A DNA stretch of 63,564 bases, filler included, from Reticulomyxa filosa (taxonomy: Eukaryota; Protista; Foraminifera), in NCBI GenBank assembly GCA_000512085.1. It is 26 parts of 26 records of this genome, joined end to end, with 100 filler letters (N's around TTAATTAATTAA, not from the genome) between each part and the next. Parts side by side here need not be neighbours in the genome. Positions count along the whole stretch, not along the records: positions 1 to 4,716 come from ASPP01003388.1; positions 4,817 to 6,010 come from ASPP01011117.1; positions 6,111 to 8,499 come from ASPP01003304.1; positions 8,600 to 9,634 come from ASPP01018143.1; positions 9,735 to 10,779 come from ASPP01049999.1; positions 10,880 to 11,879 come from ASPP01048255.1; positions 11,980 to 14,083 come from ASPP01043910.1; 19 more parts are not named here. The stretch is one strand, 5' to 3'. Both the position numbers and the translations under genes were made by a program. This document shows positions 1-11,989 of the stretch, piece by piece (the stretch's first letter is position 1; the number at the start of each line of letters is the position of its first letter). The notes under the pieces were generated by a model. It had not been told where the DNA came from. It worked only from the letters and a program-made list of their open reading frames with translations, and made no database searches.

Positions 1-38
1 ATATATGTATATATATGTATATATAACTTACTTTATAT

Positions 39-521
39 GTGATTTTGCCAAGTTTTTTGAGCAGCAAAGACGTAGCTCGCAATGAAGTGCCCACTCACGT
101 AGAAAAAATACGAAAGCCCAGACACGATCTGCTGCATTTCTATGTTCGGTCCATTGCCAGATCCTATGTATATGTCAAAGGCGAAATCCTGTTCCTAGTG
201 GTAGCGGGGGTCACGATGCTGGAACCACTGCTGCCCGCGTATTGTATCAACAATCCGTCCCTGAACGTCCAAGTCAGTGGCACACTGTTCACATTGTTCT
301 ATGTCCCATTGCTCGCTATTGGCTGTGTCGTGGGAATGATGTATAGCAGATCGTCCTCCAAACTCTTTGACAAAATACAAAACCATTTGAACTATCGACG
401 ACGAGGCATGTTGTATATTACCAAGACTTTATCCATTAACGTGGGTGGCGTCGGAGGGCCCAGTTAATCTACACATAGCATTATATACATATACATGTAA
501 ATATACATATATGATATATGC

Positions 522-555
<34 letters not shown>

Positions 556-1370
556 CCACTACCAAAGCACCACGCAAGAAAAAGCGCGGAAGTAAAGCTC
601 CAGTTGGCGTACGACGCTCCGAAAAAATCAAAGTGGTCGATAAGCCGGCTTGGCTACTGCGTCGCAAAAAAGAGCTGCCATCTCCAGAGATTAGCCAACA
701 TCACACGGGCGTGTTTGGCGGATTGCTGCTTCTGAGCTTTGGCTTTGTGATATTGGCGGCAGATCACAACCACTTTATATCGAAGAGCAGCAAGGCGGTG
801 GACCTAATCGTCGGCTTGTTGTTGATCTCACTCGGGAGTGGCATCACCGTCGTGTCCTGTTGCGACTCATTCATGAACGGCCTCACGTTCCACACCAACC
901 AAGTGCAATTGCTGTTCACTGCCTTGCATTGCGGCGCGATCGTCGGGCCGATAGCCGGGGGACTACTTGTGACGCTGACGCAGTCCTTTAGTCAGACCTT
1001 TTTATGGGCCGGAATCATCATGGTTCTCCATTGTCTTTGGTATCTATTCTATCAAGTGTTGTACATGGCCTATCGATGGATTTGGGCCCGATGGAAAGTG
1101 CCGTCTCGAGCAGCCAAGAGTCCACAGACGGAAATGCTGTCCACTCATCAAAAGCAAAGCATGCCCATTGCCAAGCGCGTCACCGCTATGCCTTCGTCCA
1201 ACTTGTTCAAAATCGACGGCGATAGTAGTATCAATGGTGACATCAACGTCTTGGTCACATCCTCTTCGCACGTCGCTAGTCTCAGTGACGAAAATCCTCA
1301 CTCGCATTTGAATCCCGTCGAACCTGGGCCCTCGGAAATGAACAAGATTTTTAGCTTCCATGGTCGGTAG
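39..1370 (+). CDS. MFS-like multi-pass membrane transporter, partial and spliced (exons approx. 39-460 and 555-1360; may continue into 1468-1840)
   Basis: Several hydrophobic helices; MFS-like C-terminal segment GAIVGPIAGGLLVTLTQSFSQTFLWAGII; the coding blocks are separated by a (TA)n/ATAC-rich intron-like stretch at approx. 465-555. Confidence 0.45.
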
Positions 1371-2948
1371 AACGTTATTTGTAATGTTTTGTGTTTGAAA
1401 TATATATATGTATATATTTTGTCGACGGCCAATTACATCTTTTGTGTAACTTGCTTTTTCTTAAGGTGGACCCGTGCTTTCGAATGACGAAGAATCGTTA
1501 TCCACAAAAATGGTAGGGATTCATTCCTCGTCATCTTCTGTCGGCTACAATCCACCGAAATTGAATGACCGACAACTGCCCATTGTCACTTTGCCACAAA
1601 CCGAAGAAAAAGTCGACTCTGCTGCTGAACCGCTAGTCCCCTCCTCTCAAATCAAACCTTCGGAAACGAGTCTTGCTCCTGAAAGGCGTCGAAAATGGTC
1701 GCTTTCTGCTGTCTTTGTGTATGGAAATAATTTGAGGCATTTATGTTGGTGGAAGAGGGGACTGCACGTGCGATTCCCTTACATTCAGTGGTTAGATAGT
1801 GGATGGAGTGCCAATGCAAGAACTAGGCAAAAAAAAAAATAGACATGAGACAAAAAAATAACACATGTACTCTCCATCTTTGTTGTTGTCAGTACCCTTT
1901 TTTTTTTGCAATGTTAACTATCCTATGTTATTGCTAACGTCTGTTCAGACAACGGTGTCGATTGCCAAATGATTGTCAATTGACCAGCCAAATATCGTTT
2001 GTATCTTTCTTTTAAGAAATGTCTCGACCATTTGGTTGCTATCCAAAGTTGTATGTTGTTTGGTCTTGTATTTTTTTTCTTAAGCGTTTTTGTCGATGAT
2101 TTTTAATGGCTCAGTTTCGCGTGCTGTGTTATTTTTATTTCAGACAACTTCCTCTTTTTTTTTAAATAATAATTACTGTGTTGGCCCTGTACACACAAAT
2201 CACTAATTTCAGGTGCGAAAGTGACACTCTTATCTGAAGTAATACAATCATCATGCTCTATTGACAAAACATAGAGTTTTGTGGAAAGGAACAATTAGTG
2301 AAAGAAAAAATGTTGAACTTTTTTTAAAGTTAACGACGGAAACGTCAAAAATTAGATATTAAAAATTAAATATGCATGTGTGTTATAAATTATTTGACAA
2401 AATCGAGAACGTAGATTGTTCAACTTAATTAAATTATGAAATGTGAAACAAGAACATATTTTCAAGAATAAGTATCTTATTTTATTTTATTTTATTTTAT
2501 TTATTGCATATGTGATGCTTATATTATTTTGTGATGAAAACTTGAAATGTACAATTTTATCATTTTATAAAAAATGACAATATGTTTTATAAAAATTAAA
2601 TTTCAAACAAAGATATATCCAGATTTATTTAAAAAAGAGGCAAAAATGCATAAGAGATAGAATATTAAAATAATTTATTCAAGAAGTATGGAATGTATAT
2701 CATTATTGATGAGTTAATGACTCTGCTATAATTACAATTATAAAGTATTCGTAATAGATCGTTGATAGTCAATTAGATATCAGATTTAATGTATAATCAA
2801 AAGAAGAATTAATCATAGACTAAATAAAGATCGGAAAAATCACTTGAAGTAAATTACAAAAGTTTTTACTCAAACACAATAAAGATCAAACGAAAAATGT
2901 TGAACTGGGAAAAAAGCTCAAACATTTTTTCATCTTACATCATTTGGA

Positions 2949-4308
2949 ATGATCATCACTATTAGTAATGAAAAAGAAATTTCAACTCAATTCTCATTGG
3001 TAAGCTTGTTTTCAGAAAGCTTGTACCATTAGATTTTTATAATTTGTCATTAGCTAGTCAAAAGGAAAGATAATACAAATAATTATTCAACACTGGCTTC
3101 GAGTGGTACAAATCAAATTAGGATGGATCAATGATTTTAACAAAATTGTTGTCAATTATGTTATGTCTTTTTATTTTTATTTTATGTTAATCAAATGTTC
3201 AAGATTTATTTTTGCTTCAATGCAAAATCACTATTTAACATAGGCAGTTTCAATCTTCATATTAGATACATTTTATTTAGCATCTAAATTACTCAATACA
3301 TTCACTGGACATACCAATTATGTGTGGAGCGTTGATTATTCAATATTCGATTACAATCAATTTGTTCTGGATCAAATGATAAAACAGTTTGTATATGAGA
3401 TATAGATAACAACAAACTAATTCAATCATTCAATGGACATTCAAAACCTGTTTATTGTGTAAAGTTCTCATTATATCATCATTATAAACATCATCGAAAT
3501 GTAATTTGTTCTTCATCATGGGATAAAACAATTTATTTTTGGGATATCAAAGACAATCAAAAAGTGAAAACATTCAATGGACATAATAATGCTGTTTATG
3601 GTATTGAATTTTCGCCATTTAATGGTGGTCGATATTTATGTTCTGGATCATCGGACAAAACTGTTTGTTTATGGGATATTGAAACATCTAAATCATTACA
3701 CGCTTTCTATGGACATGAATATGGTGTTATATGTGTAGATTTTTCACCATTACAAAGCAATAATAACAATGATAATAAAAGTAATAATATTGGTTTAATT
3801 GGTGGTAATGGATATACTATTTGTTCTGGATCATCAGATAGAAAAATTAATTTATGCGACCAAACAGTTAGCTGTATTCAAAGGACATAAATCGTGGGTT
3901 AATTGTATAAAATATGGATCAAATGAATTAGGAAATAGTGTGGTACAAATACAATATTATCTGGATCAGATGATAAAAGCATTAGTTTGTGGGATATTTG
4001 ATCTAGTCAACAAATTCAAGTGTTCAATGAACATGAACGTACTGTATAGGATGTTAGATATTCACCATATATAATAAATAGTAGCGAAGTTGGTGGTAAT
4101 TCAAATGTAATATGTTCTGCATCTGGTGATAATACAATTAAATTTTGTGATATTCGGTCAAATAAGACTAACTTGTATTTAATGAAAGGAGATGAAGGAG
4201 AAGATGGAATAATATGTATTAAATTTTTACAATAGAAATAACAAGAATCTTAATTATGTTAATCTGTGCTATGGTTCAAACAATGGCCATATTCGTATTT
4301 GGGGGTAG
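2949..4308 (+). pseudogene. WD40-repeat family pseudogene (copy A of an expanded family)
   Basis: GH...SGSxD...WD repeats and the family signature SPLQSNNNNDNKSNNIGLIGGNGYTICSGS; in-frame stops at 3396 (TGA), 3999 (TGA) and 4047 (TAG), frameshifts and a deletion near 3850; two N-terminal introns. Confidence 0.9.
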
Positions 4309-4716
4309 CAATGTTTTTAAAAACAAAATTTTTAAATAGTTTGATTTTTTGAATTAAATAAGTCAATATTAAGATGAAATTACAACATATTAAAATAACT
4401 CTACATGATCTAAATCTATTTTTACTTGAATATCATAGATGTCTTTTACAGTATGTTGCAAAGAAAACTGAACGCATAAAACGATATCTTATGATGATAA
4501 TTGATTTTATCCATGAAAAATCAACATTTAGACCTAATTTTTTTTTAAAAATATCTACAAATATTGTAGTTTTTATATTTTAATTTTTTTTTTATTGGAG
4601 TCCTTAATTGTTTTTTGATATTTTTCATTTTGAAATTTATATTATCATTTGTTATTTTGAAATGGCGAAGCATATGAAAGGAGTTGCTGTTGGTATGTTA
4701 ATTGGTGGATTTAGCA

Positions 4717-4816
4717 NNNNNNNNNNNNNNNNNNNNNNNNNNNNNNNNNNNNNNNNNNNNTTAATTAATTAANNNNNNNNNNNNNNNNNNNNNNNNNNNN
4801 NNNNNNNNNNNNNNNN
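4717..4816. other. Artificial contig spacer N44-TTAATTAATTAA-N44, first of 25 (others start at 6011, 8500, 9635, 10780, 11880, 14084, 15465, 17615, 20273, 21753, 30679, 32158, 36391, 38722, 40511, 42701, 45066, 46472, 53324, 55445, 57237, 59303, 60757, 62378)
   Basis: Identical 100-nt block with stop codons in all six frames, separating sequences of unrelated content and composition. Confidence 0.98.
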
Positions 4817-5801
4817 TTGCAAAGCCGAAATGTAGTGGAACTTGGCGAAGTCCAGGAAGCCCAGCTTGCGCAGGATGTCACGTTTGATGGTGTCTTTCTG
4901 GTGCAGTTCCAGGTCTTCCCATTTATTCACTGCCACCACCAGCGCACGACCGGCTTCCAGCGCGAAGCCGGCGATGGTCGCATCCTGTTCGGAAATATCG
5001 AGCTGCGCGTCCAGCACCAGCACCGCCACGTTGGCGTCTTCCACCGCCTGCATGGTCTTGATCACCGAGAACTTCTCGATGGCCTCGTTCACCTTGCCAC
5101 GACGGCGCACACCTGCGGTATCGTAATGGTGTATTTGCGGCCATCGCGCTCGAAATCAATATAGATGCTGTCGCGCGTGGTACCCGCCTGGTCGAAGGCG
5201 ATGACACGGTCTTCACCCAGTACGGCGTTCACCAGCGTGGACTTGCCCACGTTGGGGCGACCGATCACCACGAATTTCGGGTGATGGGCTTTCTCTTCTC
5301 CTCGGCATCCGGGAAGCCTTCCAGCACCAGCTCGACCAGCTCGCGCACGCCGTCACCGTGCGATGCGGAGATCGCCATCGGCTCGCCCAGTGCCAGCTCG
5401 TGGAACTCGGCAGCAGCAATCGCGCTGTTGACGCCTTCGGCCTTGTTCACGGCCAGGAACACGGGCTGGTTGGACTGGCGCAAGCGATTGGCGATGATCT
5501 TGTCTTGCGGCGTAATGCCGACACGACCGTCCACCAGGAAAATGATGGCATCGGCTTCGTCCACAGCCTGCAGCGTCTGCTTGGCCATCTCGAACAGGAT
5601 GCCCTCGTCCACCACCGGCTCGAAACCACCGGTGTCTACCACCAAGTAAGGTTTGCTGGCACCACGACCGTGGCCGTAGTGACGATCGCGGGTAAGACCC
5701 GGCTGGTCGGCCACCAGCGCATCGCGCGAGCGGGTCAGGCGGTTGAACAGGGTTGATTTGCCCACATTGGGGCGGCCCACCAGGGCAATAGTCGGTTTCA
5801 T
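4817..5801 (-). CDS. der: Bacterial ribosome-biogenesis double GTPase Der/EngA, 3'-truncated, with two apparent frameshifts (approx. 5290 and 5120)
   Basis: [23 protein letters not shown]...[12 protein letters not shown]...DTGG...VNKAE, followed by a second G-domain [34 protein letters not shown]...[18 protein letters not shown]...VNKW; high GC, no introns. Confidence 0.97.
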
Positions 5802-5811
5802 TGTGTACTAC

Positions 5812-6010
5812 TTACTTGGTCAGCGCAGCCAGTCGGCCTTCGGCATCCAGTACGTAAGCCACGTCGCCGGCAAGCAGCGGGCGGCTCAGCGTACCGTTTA
5901 CTTTCAGGCTGCTGCGGCCAACGATACGTCCATCAAGCGATGAAAGCAGATGTGCATAGCCTTCACCATCAATTACCAGCAGGTTATCGCCCAGTTTGAC
6001 CGGGGCGGTG
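5812..6010 (-). CDS. bamB: C-terminus of bacterial outer-membrane assembly lipoprotein BamB (PQQ-type beta-propeller), 5'-truncated
   Basis: My translation TAPVKLGDNLLVIDGEGYAHLLSSLDGRIVGRSSLKVNGTLSRPLLAGDVAYVLDAEGRLAALTK* matches the BamB C-terminal pattern; bamB directly upstream of der is the conserved proteobacterial gene order. Confidence 0.85.
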
Positions 6011-6137
6011 NNNNNNNNNNNNNNNNNNNNNNNNNNNNNNNNNNNNNNNNNNNNTTAATTAATTAANNNNNNNNNNNNNNNNNNNNNNNNNNNNNNNNNN
6101 NNNNNNNNNNATTTTTAGTAATAAATTACAAAACTTG

Positions 6138-6534
6138 TCCTGCAGTATCCCAAAAATCAACTAAAAGTGGTTTATCATTCACTGTCGTGGTATGACTAAT
6201 TAAGTAATTAATTATATATTTGTAATTTGTTATTTTAAATTATTTTAAAAAAAATATACAAATATTTTTTAACCGATAAATAGTTAAAGCATAAGTAGAT
6301 AATTGTTTTGGTTCATAATTATCAAGTAAGAATCTTTCCATTAATCTGATTATTTAATTTGAATGTATTTATATATTTATGTATCCTGTATATTTATATT
6401 TTATTTATAAACTTGGATTTTCCAACAGCAGAATCGCCCAATAAAATGATTTTTAAATCTGCTTGTTCTAATTGTTCTGATGATTCGTTGTTATCTTTTG
6501 ACATTGATTTGTTTGTTGTTGCTGTTGTTGTCAT
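6138..6534 (-). CDS. RABL2: Rab-like small GTPase RABL2, 5' part (3 exons, cut by the contig end)
   Basis: Spliced translation ADLKIILLGDSAVGKSK|LMERFLLDNYEPKQLSTYALTIYR|HTTTVNDKPLLVDFWDTAGQ; the segment LMERFL...QLSTYALT is diagnostic of RABL2; GT-AG introns. Confidence 0.9.
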
Positions 6535-6754
6535 ATTTATTTTTTTTAAAAAAAGAAATGCTTCTTTTATTTGAAATCAGCTGATTTTTTTTAAATGAAA
6601 TTAAAGAGATTATGAACATGAAATTGCGTTGTTAAAAAGAAAACAAAAAGAATGTTAAATAAGTGCCAAAAAATAAAAATAAAAAATCCCACCAAAAACA
6701 TCCAAAACATCCAAATCACAGCTCAAAACAAAAACAAAAACGATTCAATAATTA

Positions 6755-8499
6755 TTATTGAATCATAAATGCAGTACATACAACCACTTCTTTCAAACTT
6801 TGTGTAATATCATTATCTACTAATTGAATAGTATTCTTACACAATGTTAAACATTGATCAATTTTTTGTTTGTCATATAAATTACCAAACTGAGATAACA
6901 ATGATGTTATAATAAAAAGCCAAAGAGATTTCCATTTTAATGATTTATTACGATTATGTCTATATAATATTATAAAATAATAATAATAGCAATGATATAT
7001 AAATAAATAAATATTATTCTCTGACTTAACTCTAATTGATCTACAATTGTTTGACTTAATTCTTCACGTGATTTTGAATCAGTTAAAATATCTTTCAAAT
7101 GATTAATAAAGTAATTTGAAGGATCAAGTAATTGTAAAATTACAAGGAAAGCACCAAAGAGATCCAACTATTTATTTATTATTTGTAATATACAAAATAT
7201 TTATATATACATATATAAATATACACACATATAAATTAATAAACATAACATCATATGACCATGATATATCTTTAGATAATGATAATTTAAGAAATTGTTG
7301 ATACAAAGATACAGTATGAGTATCATTGTTATCCATATCATTCCAAAACGATGTATTTTCAGGATAATCTTGAACAAGAATAGCATTACCAAAATTTCTT
7401 AATAATAAAGAAGCAATAATGATTGGATCTATATACATATATACATATATAAAATACATATATATTTATATGTATATATTTATTTATTTAATTTAACTTT
7501 AAATCTTCTTGTTGATTAATATCCCAAAGAAAAGATTGACATTGAATATTCGTATGAATAATTTGACATAAATGTAAATGAAGAATTATTTCAAAAATTT
7601 GACAAGCAAAAAGTAAAGCCAAAGATTCAGGTAAAAGTTGGTCATATGTTTGAAAAGTATTAATAACATGATGAATAGAATATTGATATTGATATTGATC
7701 TGACATTAATGCACAAATCATATTATTTTGTTGAAACATAAAAATTTGTTTTGGAAAACAAAACCATGAATTTTCAATAATATTTTGTTGAATATGATAT
7801 TCCCAAAGTAATTGTGATGAATGATAATCAATTAATAAAATAAGATTCATAGTAGTATTATAATCAAATACTAAAAATGTGAATAATGAATTATTACTAT
7901 TATTATTATTATCAGTAAAATTATTTAATAAATATTTTTGAATCATTATATCTTTATCTTTTTGTAAATAAATAATTGTATTATTTTTATCTTGAATTAA
8001 TTTTTTAATATCAATAGATGATAATATTGATGATTCATCTAATTGTTGTTGATATTTTTCTATAATTATTTGTTGTGTTTGTTTTTTTTCATCAAATGTT
8101 AAATGATGAATTGAAGATGGATTAATTATTATTTGATCAATATCATTAATAATATTTATTGCATATCGTGATTCATTAATATCATCTTTTAATAAAAGAG
8201 TATTAGTTGGAGATTCATTTAATTCATTTTCACGACGATTACTTAATTTTTTAGGTTTCATAAAGAACATGGTATATGATGTAAGATCATCATTATTATT
8301 ATTATTATTATTGTTATTTTTTGAACAAGTAGTATGTAACATACTCAATTTACGAATAGGTAATGGTGTATCCATGGTAGTGTGATTGTCATTATTTTTT
8401 TTATTTTTATTAAATACATTTTCTAATTGATCCATCATATTATTATTATCATTATCATTATCATTGTTATTATCATTAAATATTGGTATTTGTGGTGAT
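6755..8499 (-). CDS. Bub1/BubR1-type kinase-domain protein with degenerate catalytic motifs (pseudokinase), 5'-truncated, spliced
   Basis: LLWEYHIQQ, ESLALLFACQIFEIILHLHLCQIIHTNIQ, LLLRNFGNAILVQDYPENTSF and WSYDV|DLFG line up in order with Bub1 motifs (WEFYI, E.L..FF..E....LH...IIHGDIK, LIDFGRSIDM..FP.GT.F, WTYQ.DYFG). Confidence 0.6.
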
Positions 8500-8699
8500 N
8501 NNNNNNNNNNNNNNNNNNNNNNNNNNNNNNNNNNNNNNNNNNNTTAATTAATTAANNNNNNNNNNNNNNNNNNNNNNNNNNNNNNNNNNNNNNNNNNNNT
8601 ATATATATATATATACATATATATATATACATATATATGTATGAATTATGTATATGTTTTATACACACCAAACACACTTACACAATGAAACAAAAAAAA

Positions 8700-9597
8700 A
8701 AAGAGGGGGTGTATTTGATGAAATGACAAAGGAAAAATGAAGCAACAGTGGTCCCCCCCCCCCCTCCTCTTGTCAACTTTGGTTTTTTGCAAGGTACATT
8801 GGACAAAGGTGGCAAAACATCGACGCTGCGATCGATGCCGTTGGACACGGAATAGCATTCGCGAATGGAGCGTTTGTGGCCATGTTTCTTGGCGCTTGAC
8901 ACTTTGGATTGCGAGTGTGTCAAGGAAGACGACAGGCCGATCGACGGCGCGAATGGCAATGCAGAGGTATTGGAAAGGGGCGTTTTTTGGGTCGACGATA
9001 ACATTTGAGATTGCAGCGCACGAACTTGATTGTAAATGTCCGTGGGCAGCAAACTGACTTTACTCAGTGGTTGCGATGACAGTGGTTTCATTATGTCCAC
9101 GTCATACTGTAATATCACATCTTTTTGTTTGTGTTGTTTTTTTTTTAAAAAAAAAAGAAAAAAAAAAAAAATTTAAAAAAAAAAAAAATACAAAACTATT
9201 GATATAATCGGGATGTGTGATAAGATCAAGGTTGGAATGACGAATCGGAGGAGTGGGAAAATTCTTTGTTGGACACTTGGACGAGGAAGTGGACGTAGAA
9301 GACGAAGATGAAGACGAAATTGGCTTGGAGGAGTGCTTGGAGAGACTGAGATGATATTGGTATTGGTATTGCCCTTGCTCTTTAATTTGACGCATTCTAT
9401 TCATAAACATATCGTAGTCTAATTTGGCTTTGTTCTCTTCTTCTTTGGCTTGAGCCACGTCTGTGTGGGATATTGTACCATGCTTCTTTTCCATTTCCGT
9501 TAGCTTCTGATTGGCCGTTATCAATCTCTGTTTCAAAATTAAAAACATTTTCATCTGTTGTTTGTAGTTCATATGCATTACATTCAAGTCATTGTAA

Positions 9598-9600
<3 letters not shown>
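8700..9600 (-). CDS. Hypothetical protein fragment (coiled coil plus Ser/Pro-rich region), two exons
   Basis: ORFs 9102-9587 and 8678-9118 separated by a poly-T intron-like tract; no recognisable domain. Confidence 0.4.
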
Positions 9601-9634
<34 letters not shown>

Positions 9635-9734
9635 NNNNNNNNNNNNNNNNNNNNNNNNNNNNNNNNNNNNNNNNNNNNTTAATTAATTAANNNNNNNNNN
9701 NNNNNNNNNNNNNNNNNNNNNNNNNNNNNNNNNN

Positions 9735-10740
9735 TTACCAATACTACTCTTTATTACAAATGGTGAATATTCAACAGACCATACAATATTTCTATGTCCA
9801 TTGAACACTTGAATTTGTTTACTAGATCGAATATCTCACAAACAAACACTTTCATCAGACGATCCAGATAATATTGTATTCACTAATTCATTTGATCCAT
9901 ATTTTACAATCCTAATCCAATTTGTATGTCCTTTGAATACATTGAATTATTTTGTTGTTTCAATATCCCATATTCGAATGGTATTATCAAATGATCCAGA
10001 ACAAATTGTGTATCCATTTCCACCAATTACATCAATATTTTTCATTTTTTTATTATTATTGATTTGTAATGGTGAGATATCAACACACCAAATATAGTTT
10101 GTATGTCCATTGAAAATATGTAATGATTTTGATGTTTCAACATCCCACAGACGAATTGTTTTATCCCATGATCCAGAACACAAATATCAACCACCATTAA
10201 ATTGTGAAAATTCAATACCACAAACACCATAAGTGTGTCCATTGAATATTTGTAACTGCTTATTACATTTGAAATCTCAAAGACAAATGATATTGTCACA
10301 TGATGAAGAATAAATGATATTTTGATGATGATTATAATAATGATTTGATGAAAATTTTACACAATACACAGGTTCTGTCCATTAAATGATTAAATTTGTT
10401 TGTTGTTATCAACATCCCATATACGAACTGTTTTATCATATGATCCAGAGCAAATGAATTGGCAAGCATCAAATGTTGAATAATCAATACTCCACACAGT
10501 ACTTGTATTTCCAGTGGATGTATTGATTAATTTGGATAATGAATGAAATGTGTCAAGCATGAAGACACCAGATGTATATGTTAAATAATATTGGAATATT
10601 TTGATTAATATTTTAAAAAAGAAAGAACAAATGAACTAACATAATTGACAATAATTTTGTCAAAATTTTTGAGCCATCCTAATTTAATGTTTAATGTTTG
10701 AATCCAATGATAAATAATTATTTGGGTCTCTTCTTCTGAC
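9735..10740 (-). pseudogene. WD40-repeat family pseudogene (copy B)
   Basis: Same signature (DVIGGNGYTICSGSFDNTIRIWDIETTK); stops at approx. 10278 (TGA), 10188 (TGA), 9948 (TAA) and 9837 (TGA), plus a frameshift near 10375. Confidence 0.9.
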
Positions 10741-10879
10741 TGTTTCAATTACGAGAAGTAAAATAAAGAATAAAAAACTNNNNNNNNNNNNNNNNNNNNN
10801 NNNNNNNNNNNNNNNNNNNNNNNTTAATTAATTAANNNNNNNNNNNNNNNNNNNNNNNNNNNNNNNNNNNNNNNNNNNN

Positions 10880-10921
<42 letters not shown>

Positions 10922-11019
10922 GAGAGATGTGTGAATGAGAACAAAGCAAGGGATAGAAAGTTTAAAGGACAGTTTGGAAATTGTAGAGAGAGGGGGGGGG
11001 AAAAAAAAAAAAAAGGAGA

Positions 11020-11879
11020 TCATGCAGTTTTGAAATATTTGTCAATGATGGAGTTATCAACTTGAGACAAGAGAGGAGGATTCCAGCGTGGATTTTTGTC
11101 TTTGTCAACCAATGCAGCGCGAATGCCTTCGATGGTGTCATGGGACTGTACGCACTGAGTGGCAATGGCGAGTTCCATATCGAGGACCTGTTTTAAAGTT
11201 TTGTGTTGTCCCTCGAGCAAAGCACGATGAATGACTTTCAAAGCAGTGGGACTGACACTTTGTAAAGTGATCCAAGTTTGATGTCCAAAGGTGTCAGTGT
11301 TGTTTTCACCGTCGCGTTTGAGTGACGAGACAATAGCATCAACCGAGTCCAAAGTGAAATGTTTTTGGATTTGGTCGAGTTCGGGAGCTAAAGAAAAGGG
11401 GGGTAATTTGCAAGGATGGACCGCAAACTCGTTTAAAATGCAAGGGACAGATTCTGGATATTTGGTGTGCAACAGACGTTTCTCCATGTCTGCTACATGC
11501 TGCTGCGGCACAAAATGCGTGGCGATCCCGGCATGCAGCACGTCACTACCTTTGAGACGATGTCCTGTCAAACCCAAGTACATGCCCAGACCTTTAGGCG
11601 CCAATCGAGGTAAGAAATACGCACCGCCGACGTCCGTGTGGAAACCAATTGCACTTTCGGGCATTGCGAATAATGTGTGCTCCGTCGCCACACGATATTT
11701 TCCATGCACCGATATACCTACTCCTCCTCCCATCACTATCCCATTCCATACACACACATTATGAATCCCGGTATTATTCCCCAATGTACTCATCAGGTAA
11801 TCCAATTCGTATTCCAATTTGAAAAATAATGTCACTTCTTCCACGCTCTTATTCTCCTTCACTTTCATGTCGTATAGTC
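11020..11879 (-). CDS. HIBCH: 3-hydroxyisobutyryl-CoA hydrolase (crotonase family), 5'-truncated
   Basis: WNGIVMGGGVGISVHGKYRVATEHTLFAMPESAIGFHTDVGGAYFLPRL, GMYLGLTGHRLKGSD...GIATHFVP and EGIRAALVDKDKNPRWNP. Confidence 0.93.
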
Positions 11880-11989
11880 NNNNNNNNNNNNNNNNNNNNN
11901 NNNNNNNNNNNNNNNNNNNNNNNTTAATTAATTAANNNNNNNNNNNNNNNNNNNNNNNNNNNNNNNNNNNNNNNNNNNNAAGAAGAAGA

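Noticed and set aside
5100-5300. Programmed frameshifting in der (also considered for SETD7 near 46845 and the phosphatase near 56015)
   Set aside because: These are small indels, in the eukaryotic cases within A-runs, in otherwise conserved genes; they are typical of low-coverage or homopolymer sequencing errors
4817-6010. Horizontal transfer of der/bamB into the eukaryote
   Set aside because: No junction with host DNA, bacterial GC and operon spacing retained, no introns; contamination is simpler
3396-10279. UGA reassigned to Trp (TGA at three WD tryptophan positions)
   Set aside because: The same copies also carry TAA/TAG stops, CGA>TGA changes and frameshifts; the intact paralogue uses TGG; TGA terminates HIBCH (11020), the sulfotransferase (48687) and prefoldin (51424)
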